A stretch of 49,762 bases of DNA from a virus. Taxonomy: Duplodnaviria; Caudoviricetes. The stretch is taken from positions 1-49,762 of the IMG/VR virus record IMGVR_UViG_3300042450_000301; one strand, 5' to 3'. The stretch's first letter is position 1; every line of letters starts with the position of its first letter. Shown here in pieces: positions 44,835 through 49,762 of this stretch. A program made the position numbers and the translations under genes. The notes below the pieces were generated by a model, which was not told the origin of the DNA, made no database searches, and saw only the letters and a list, made by a program, of their open reading frames with translations.

Positions 44835-45761
44835 TTACCTTGCGTAGAACATATTCCGAGGTACAAAACGGATTGGAGCTTTCTCTCTATCCTCCTCAGC
44901 CGCCAACCTAAATTGCTCCTCATAATCCATCTTTAACATTGGAATACGGTTCATATCTACATCAGGAAGCTTGGTGGATAGCTGATAAGCGAGTCCAGCA
45001 ACCATGCAAGGAATAAAGCGGAAGGGAATATCTTGTACATATATGCCAGATCCAGCATCTTGGATACGGCGTAAGCGGTAATACACGAATGTATATTGGC
45101 TTCCAGGCGAGTTAGGCGTAGGCCATACATTGATGCAAGGCAAGTTCTGTACAGTAACTGTAGCATTAGCTGTATGAGCTGCAGCAGTCGTGCCGTTCTG
45201 ACCACGGGCGCAGTTGATTAACTGGTTTCCGTTAATGTTTGGATAGCTAATTGTCTCGTTATCCAGCTTGATAAATCCAGAAGAAGTTAAACCACTTGTG
45301 GAGGTTAGATCAATGGTTGTAGCAGTAGAGCTTATATTAGCGCTTAATAGGGCGCCTGAGAGGTTTTCTTGACCTGACTGACGGTTGATATACACTTGTA
45401 TTGGGCGCCCCTGTGTGAGCTTGTTTGGTATGCTCATGTAGGTTGGCTCTGCAATACGGCTAATATTGATATCTATTTGGTTAGAAGTACCGTTGTTTTG
45501 ACGGATAACCATGTCCATTAGATCAATAGTATCTGCTGGGTATGGGTACATAGCCTGTCCTGTAACCATTGGAATAACGCCCTGTTCTACTGTCCAGAGG
45601 TTAATACCACGGTTAGCCCATTCAATAGTCAATAGGTTTAAAGAACGGCGGGCTGTACGGAAATCGTAGCCAGTACGCAGCTCTTTACCACAGCGCTCGA
45701 ATGCTTCTTCGATTAGATCATTAACATCTAAGTTAAACGATGTGGTTCCTGTTGTACTCAT
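44835..45761 (-). CDS. head-tail adaptor / tail tubular A-like protein with an inserted module
   Basis: IEEAFERCG..ARRSLNL..WANRG..PFRFIPCMVAGLAY. Confidence 0.65.
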   Translation of the reverse strand: MSTTGTTSFNLDVNDLIEEAFERCGKELRTGYDFRTARRSLNLLTIEWANRGINLWTVEQGVIPMVTGQAMYPYPADTIDLMDMVIRQNNGTSNQIDINISRIAEPTYMSIPNKLTQGRPIQVYINRQSGQENLSGALLSANISSTATTIDLTSTSGLTSSGFIKLDNETISYPNINGNQLINCARGQNGTTAAAHTANATVTVQNLPCINVWPTPNSPGSQYTFVYYRLRRIQDAGSGIYVQDIPFRFIPCMVAGLAYQLSTKLPDVDMNRIPMLKMDYEEQFRLAAEEDREKAPIRFVPRNMFYAR

Positions 45762-46012
45762 TATTTTTTCTTCGCTGTTTTAGCAGATTGAGTAAATGCC
45801 GCTTTAGTAGGCGCACCTTTAGATCCAGGCTTACGCATTGTTTCACCAGAGCCAGCCGCAATACGTGCTTGCTTTTTATGGATATTTTCGTAAAGTCCGA
45901 CCTTGCCACCCTTAGCAAACTGAGTAAAGTCCGTATTGTCTCTACGGGGTTTCTTAGTACCTTTTGGCATTTTAGAAGGGGCGATATCACCCATACCACG
46001 AGATGGTCTCAT
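45761..46012 (-). CDS. small basic core protein (FAKGG)
   Basis: K-rich; SRGMG; GLYENIH. Confidence 0.7.
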   Translation of the reverse strand: MRPSRGMGDIAPSKMPKGTKKPRRDNTDFTQFAKGGKVGLYENIHKKQARIAAGSGETMRKPGSKGAPTKAAFTQSAKTAKKK

Positions 46013-46380
46013 GCTCTTGTCTTTCCACGAATAGCACAGCCATCAGCACGTTTAGAAGCGGAAGATACTTTACCACCTTTTTTATACTCAGATGCTTTAG
46101 TGGCTTTTGACTTGCTGCCCATATTCAAAGGCCGAACTTGCTTTTCATTAGCGGACCTAACTGCATCGGTTTCTGGCATTGTGCCAATAGGTTGATTGTT
46201 GTCATCTACATAATAATGAGTTTGCTTTGGCTCAAAATCTTCGCCCTTACTAGTAGCGGCATTATAGATTTTTTTTGCAGCACCAACTACAGCTCGACCA
46301 GTACGAGGAATTAAGTCTTTATCTTCTTTGTTTTGCAAGCGATCATTTTCATATGTCTGATCATATCCATTTTTAGCCAT
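46009..46380 (-). CDS. small core protein (YKKGG, RADG..GKT)
   Basis: Motifs shared with neighbours. Confidence 0.7.
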   Translation of the reverse strand: MAKNGYDQTYENDRLQNKEDKDLIPRTGRAVVGAAKKIYNAATSKGEDFEPKQTHYYVDDNNQPIGTMPETDAVRSANEKQVRPLNMGSKSKATKASEYKKGGKVSSASKRADGCAIRGKTRA

Positions 46381-46381
46381 A

Positions 46382-46714
46382 TCAGCACATCCCGCCAGAT
46401 CTCATCTTAACCATTGTGCCTTTGGTATGACCCTTAGTAACGCATCCGTCTGCACGGGTTACGCCACCTTTAGCCATTTTATGCATAGACTTTTCGTGAG
46501 CCTTAACTTCTTGCTTGGCTACTTTTTTCATCATTGGCATATCTTCTTTAATGTCTGAATGTTTCATAGTTCCACCTTCTTTAAATTTCTTGCCTTTATC
46601 GGCGTTGTTAAAATCTTTACCCACTGACTGCGGTACTCCTACCTTCTTAGCAAATGCAGGATTATGCGCAATAGCTGCCATAAAATTGTGTTGCTTCTTG
46701 CTGACGCTAGGCAT
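46382..46714 (-). CDS. small basic core protein (three xxGG motifs)
   Basis: FKEGG, MAKGG, MRSGG; RADGCVTKGHT. Confidence 0.7.
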   Translation of the reverse strand: MPSVSKKQHNFMAAIAHNPAFAKKVGVPQSVGKDFNNADKGKKFKEGGTMKHSDIKEDMPMMKKVAKQEVKAHEKSMHKMAKGGVTRADGCVTKGHTKGTMVKMRSGGMC

Positions 46715-46959
46715 TACTTACTACTCCAATACCCAATAATTACACCAATAATTCCAGTAACAAGACTAACTCCACCACCAATTGCCATTAATGTTTTCCA
46801 ACCACCTTTAGCTTCAGACAAAGTTCTTTCAATGTTTTGGAGAGTAGTTTTAATTTCAGCCATCTCCTTTACCATTTTATCCATATCTTCTTGTAGATGT
46901 TCAATATTACTAGCGTGGGTTGCTAATTCTCTAGCAGTTTCAATTGCGTCAATACTCAT
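46714..46959 (-). CDS. coiled-coil protein with C-terminal TM
   Basis: Heptad region then a hydrophobic tail. Confidence 0.7.
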   Translation of the reverse strand: MSIDAIETARELATHASNIEHLQEDMDKMVKEMAEIKTTLQNIERTLSEAKGGWKTLMAIGGGVSLVTGIIGVIIGYWSSK

Positions 46960-46960
46960 T

Positions 46961-47218
46961 TTAACATTTCCATCGGGCTAGTGAAGCCGCTTTACGAGTA
47001 GGTTTACCCTTCTCGTCTTTCATAGGTCCAGGCATACCAGACATACGGGCGCAGAAAGATTTCTTCCTTGCTCCGCCTTCTGGCTGTGGGGCTTTCAAAT
47101 TACTTCCTGTTGCTGCATTATACTTTGCACGGCCTTTAGCTGTAAGCCCAGCGCCTTTAGATACAGGCAACTTTTCACCACGACCAATCGCAAGGGAGGG
47201 TCCTTTTTTCTTAGCCAT
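46961..47218 (-). CDS. small basic conserved phage protein
   Basis: GLTAKGR..RKKSFCARM..SLARWKC. Confidence 0.7.
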   Translation of the reverse strand: MAKKKGPSLAIGRGEKLPVSKGAGLTAKGRAKYNAATGSNLKAPQPEGGARKKSFCARMSGMPGPMKDEKGKPTRKAASLARWKC

Positions 47219-47702
47219 AACACACCGTTGCAGTTACAGAAGATCCACAACCTACAAAAATACCATTAGGGCAATAAATGCCTTCTCCTGGAATCTTGAT
47301 AGGCAGACCAACTGTATTATAAGTATCAATCTCTACAGCAATACTACTGTATGCCGTAACGTTACCGCTTGTAGTAGTTGATGCAACATCTGCACAAGTA
47401 AAAGTATTATCTCCTGTGCTTGTAACAGCATATACACCATCTCGCCCTGTTCCAGATGTAAAATCTAAAAACACCCTTTGCCCAGTAGTAAAACCATGAT
47501 TTGTCATAGCTACTGTAATAGTAGTGCTTGGGCTTGTACGAGCATATGTGCCAGACTCATTCACTGTTGGGTCGCATACAGCGGTGTTTCTTGCAGACAC
47601 AGTTCCGCTTGTCACTGTAATAGATTTTAATCTTACAGGGTCTTGAGTTGCAAGTAGCCCTGTATTAGTTGCATGAGCCGATTTAACATCGTATTGCATC
47701 AT
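47211..47702 (-). CDS. capsid-associated beta protein, paralogue B
   Basis: DVKS..RLK..NHG..RV.LDF..IPGEGI..YG. Confidence 0.7.
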   Translation of the reverse strand: MMQYDVKSAHATNTGLLATQDPVRLKSITVTSGTVSARNTAVCDPTVNESGTYARTSPSTTITVAMTNHGFTTGQRVFLDFTSGTGRDGVYAVTSTGDNTFTCADVASTTTSGNVTAYSSIAVEIDTYNTVGLPIKIPGEGIYCPNGIFVGCGSSVTATVCYG

Positions 47703-47711
47703 GGTCTATTT

Positions 47712-48200
47712 TTATCCGTAAAAAACAGTCGCACTTACGTTGGCAATTGGTAGTACAGCAGCTAGACCTTGTGTAGCAACAATACCTTCGCCTGGAATTA
47801 AAGTATAAAAAGCAGTTCCAGAAGCAGAGTCTAATTCCATCAGAATATTAGAATACACTGTTGCATTACCACTAGTAGTTAATGATGCTGTAGCTATAGT
47901 AAATGTATTTGCCGTTGCGTTTGCCACGGTATAAGCATCGTCTTGTGCTGTACCACTGGTAAAGTTAATAGCAACTCTAGAACCGTTTGACAAGCCATGA
48001 TTAGCACTTGTTACTGTGCAAGTTGTTGTACCTGGAATATCATAAGTTCCAGCCAAAGACCCAGCGGTATCCACAAAGCATGAGTTATAAACTATAGATG
48101 CAACAGGGGATAAAACCACGCCTTTTAAACGTGTTCGCCCGTCATAAATAAGTCCTGAACTACTTGTGTGATACGACAGTACATCGGTTTGCATACCCAT
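47712..48200 (-). CDS. capsid-associated beta protein, paralogue A
   Basis: TDV..RLK..NHG..RV.INF..IPGEGI..FYG; AGGAG RBS. Confidence 0.7.
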   Translation of the reverse strand: MGMQTDVLSYHTSSSGLIYDGRTRLKGVVLSPVASIVYNSCFVDTAGSLAGTYDIPGTTTCTVTSANHGLSNGSRVAINFTSGTAQDDAYTVANATANTFTIATASLTTSGNATVYSNILMELDSASGTAFYTLIPGEGIVATQGLAAVLPIANVSATVFYG

Positions 48201-48223
48201 AATTAATCTCCTAAAGATTTAAG

Positions 48224-48240
48224 TGGGGGACGAATCCCCC
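48224..48240. terminator. GC hairpin between late genes
   Basis: GGGGGA-CGAA-TCCCCC (UUCG loop on the minus strand). Confidence 0.5.
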
Positions 48241-48248
48241 TAGATTAA

Positions 48249-48749
48249 TTAAACGTTTTGCTGACCGTTGTCCGCAACGTAGTAAATGATGTCGCCAGTA
48301 ATTGCACCAGCATTTGCACCAGCAGAACCTTGAGCGCTAGTAACAACGATCAAGTTAGTAGCGTTAGCTACGTTGCCCATTGATGCACCACCAGTTGCAA
48401 CAGTAAATACTATGCGAGCTGCTACGTTTCCACCAGATAAAAATGCGTTTGGAACGTTTGTGCCAAGAGTAGTTGTTTGCCCAGGGCCTACGCCGATTAG
48501 TGGGGTAAACCCTATGTTAGCGGAAGAGTTTCCACCAGCAGCACCAGAAATAATAACTTCAGTAACAACTGCGTTAGCTGGAAGAATAAGGGCTGGAGCG
48601 CCAGTAGCCGAAGAAACGACTACATTAGAGGTTGCTGCAGTATTAGCAATATAGAACTGAGCAGCCATAACCATGGAGCCAGCATAAGCGGTGCGAGTTG
48701 AATCGCCACCTGTTGAACGCCATAAAGACGAGGTAGTAGCTAAAGTCAT
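48249..48749 (-). CDS. putative capsid decoration protein
   Basis: Follows the capsid gene; LPANAVV motif; AAGGA RBS supports start at 48749. Confidence 0.6.
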   Translation of the reverse strand: MTLATTSSLWRSTGGDSTRTAYAGSMVMAAQFYIANTAATSNVVVSSATGAPALILPANAVVTEVIISGAAGGNSSANIGFTPLIGVGPGQTTTLGTNVPNAFLSGGNVAARIVFTVATGGASMGNVANATNLIVVTSAQGSAGANAGAITGDIIYYVADNGQQNV

Positions 48750-48759
48750 AACAAATTTT

Positions 48760-48836
48760 CCTTGCATATAAGATAAGCTTATCAATCAATATGCTGTCTG
48801 CCGGGACAGTTTGATAAGCCGGTTTCCCCGGTTTCT
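48760..48836 (-). ncRNA. Pseudoknotted RNA downstream of the major capsid gene (Mu-gpT-DE-like)
   Basis: GCUUAUCAA/UUGAUAAGC stem; CUG-UCCCGG-CAG loop pairing with upstream CCGGG; GCAUA/UAUGC next to the RBS; position after a gpT-type gene. Confidence 0.6.
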
Positions 48837-48875
48837 ACGATATTACTACATTTAAAAATAAGTGCAAGCTTTATA

Positions 48876-48910
48876 AAGAAAAACCCCACCGGGTAGGGTG
48901 GGGCTTTCTT
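48876..48910. terminator. Rho-independent terminator after the capsid gene
   Basis: AAGAAAAACCCCACC..GGTGGGGCTTTCTT. Confidence 0.8.
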
Positions 48911-48928
48911 GTAGCTGGGGGGCTTTGA

Positions 48929-49762
48929 TTAAGCGCCAGCAGAGCCAAACATTCCGAGTGGATCAGACCAACCGAAAGAATAACGCTCACGAGACTTGTA
49001 ACGAACGTTACCAGTATCGAAGTCGCCGTCCATGCTGTTGCTCAAAGGAGTACGAACGAAATGCTTCATACCGTTTGGAACATCAGTTGTCAGGAACCAA
49101 GCATTGGTGTCGGTCAAGAAGTGGTTAACAGCGTAACCTTCAGAGACAGAACCGTTGTTCTTGATAGCGTTGATATCATTGTCGTTTGTACCAACACGCA
49201 ATTCAGTTTCGAGCAAACGAGTTGACACGAACTGTAATGCAGGAGGAACAACCAACTTCTTAGGCTTAGCAGCGATCAAGAGACCACGCTCATCTGTCCA
49301 AGCAGCGATTTGAATTACAGCGGCTTCCAAAGAAGTCTCATTCAAATCAGCAGGAGTAGATGGAACGTTGCTGTTTGTACCGCCAGATACCAATGGATGT
49401 GAGGCGCTGAACAGAGGAACGCCGTCGCCACCGTTATAACCGGTAGTGAAGCCGTTATTCAATACAGCAGCAGCTTTAACCTGCTTGGTATAAGCCATAG
49501 CACGAGCTAAAGACTTAGTGTAGCGAGCTGACAAAGAATCGTAGAGGTTGTCTTCGATTGCTTCTTCAGTCAAGCTAAAGCCAAGGGCAATAGTTTCGTG
49601 GTTGTAGCGAGCTGTCCATGCTTCTTGAGCATTGTCATAAGCGATGGCTGAGCCTTCGTTTTTGACAGGTGCTGCAGAGAAACCTGACAGTTTTGTTTCT
49701 TCTTCAAATGAACGCTCAGAGGTCTCTGTTTCATAGATCTCTTTGTGTTCTTCGCCGTAGCG
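48929..49762 (-). CDS. Major capsid protein (Mu gpT-like); 5' end lies beyond the window
   Basis: Frame open to the window edge (RYGEEHKEIYE..KNEG..YNHETIALGFSLTEEAIEDNLY); DGVPLFSASHP, KLVVPP, YKSRERYSFGWSDP. Confidence 0.93.
   Translation of the reverse strand, partial: RYGEEHKEIYETETSERSFEEETKLSGFSAAPVKNEGSAIAYDNAQEAWTARYNHETIALGFSLTEEAIEDNLYDSLSARYTKSLARAMAYTKQVKAAAVLNNGFTTGYNGGDGVPLFSASHPLVSGGTNSNVPSTPADLNETSLEAAVIQIAAWTDERGLLIAAKPKKLVVPPALQFVSTRLLETELRVGTNDNDINAIKNNGSVSEGYAVNHFLTDTNAWFLTTDVPNGMKHFVRTPLSNSMDGDFDTGNVRYKSRERYSFGWSDPLGMFGSAGA

Larger units (their letters stand above)
1..49762. mobile_element. Tailed dsDNA bacteriophage genome segment (podovirus-like)
   Basis: Capsid, head-tail, fibre, lysis, ejection, recombination and replication genes in large co-oriented blocks; no host housekeeping genes. 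Confidence 0.97.

Noticed and set aside
1-49762. Stop-codon recoding or an integrated prophage with att sites
   Set aside because: Genes are full length in the standard code and use all three stops; no integrase or host flank is visible

Overview
The whole window is part of one dsDNA tailed-phage genome, most likely podovirus-like (ejection-protein block, no tape measure or sheath gene). It resembles uncultured freshwater phages of Betaproteobacteria; the host is inferred, not shown. Layout: (i) 194-3804 (-) replication genes (Toprim primase, sigma4 mini-protein, SF2 helicase, ParB-like protein). (ii) 3830-5400 control region: structured RNA, C4/CI-like antisense leader, PhaR-box mini-gene, anti-Shine-Dalgarno sRNA candidate, palindrome array, rusA and a consensus sigma70 promoter. 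(iii) 5420-16911 (+) early operon: XRE-sigma4 fusion, a five-enzyme glycan cluster (GT10 fucosyltransferase, methyltransferase, radical SAM/SPASM, two GT-A enzymes), Cas4-like exonuclease, ERF, SSB, Ref-like nuclease and many small ORFs. (iv) 16994-49762 (-) late block: Mu-gpT-type major capsid (cut by the window end), Mu-gpT-DE-like RNA, small basic core proteins, head-tail/tail proteins, Gly-rich fibres, lysis cassette (holins, Rz/Rz1, GH19), two free-standing HNH genes, ejection proteins with an SLT domain and a 1976-aa polyvalent protein. No terminase, portal, integrase, tRNA or CRISPR array is seen. Best novelty candidates: a cytoplasmic virion-glycosylation pathway with Asn-rich outer proteins; a [FYM]xxGG processing or targeting motif across core and ejection proteins that could release a beta-barrel-like module; and the multi-RNA control region. 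All family calls come from motif recognition by eye; no database searches were run.
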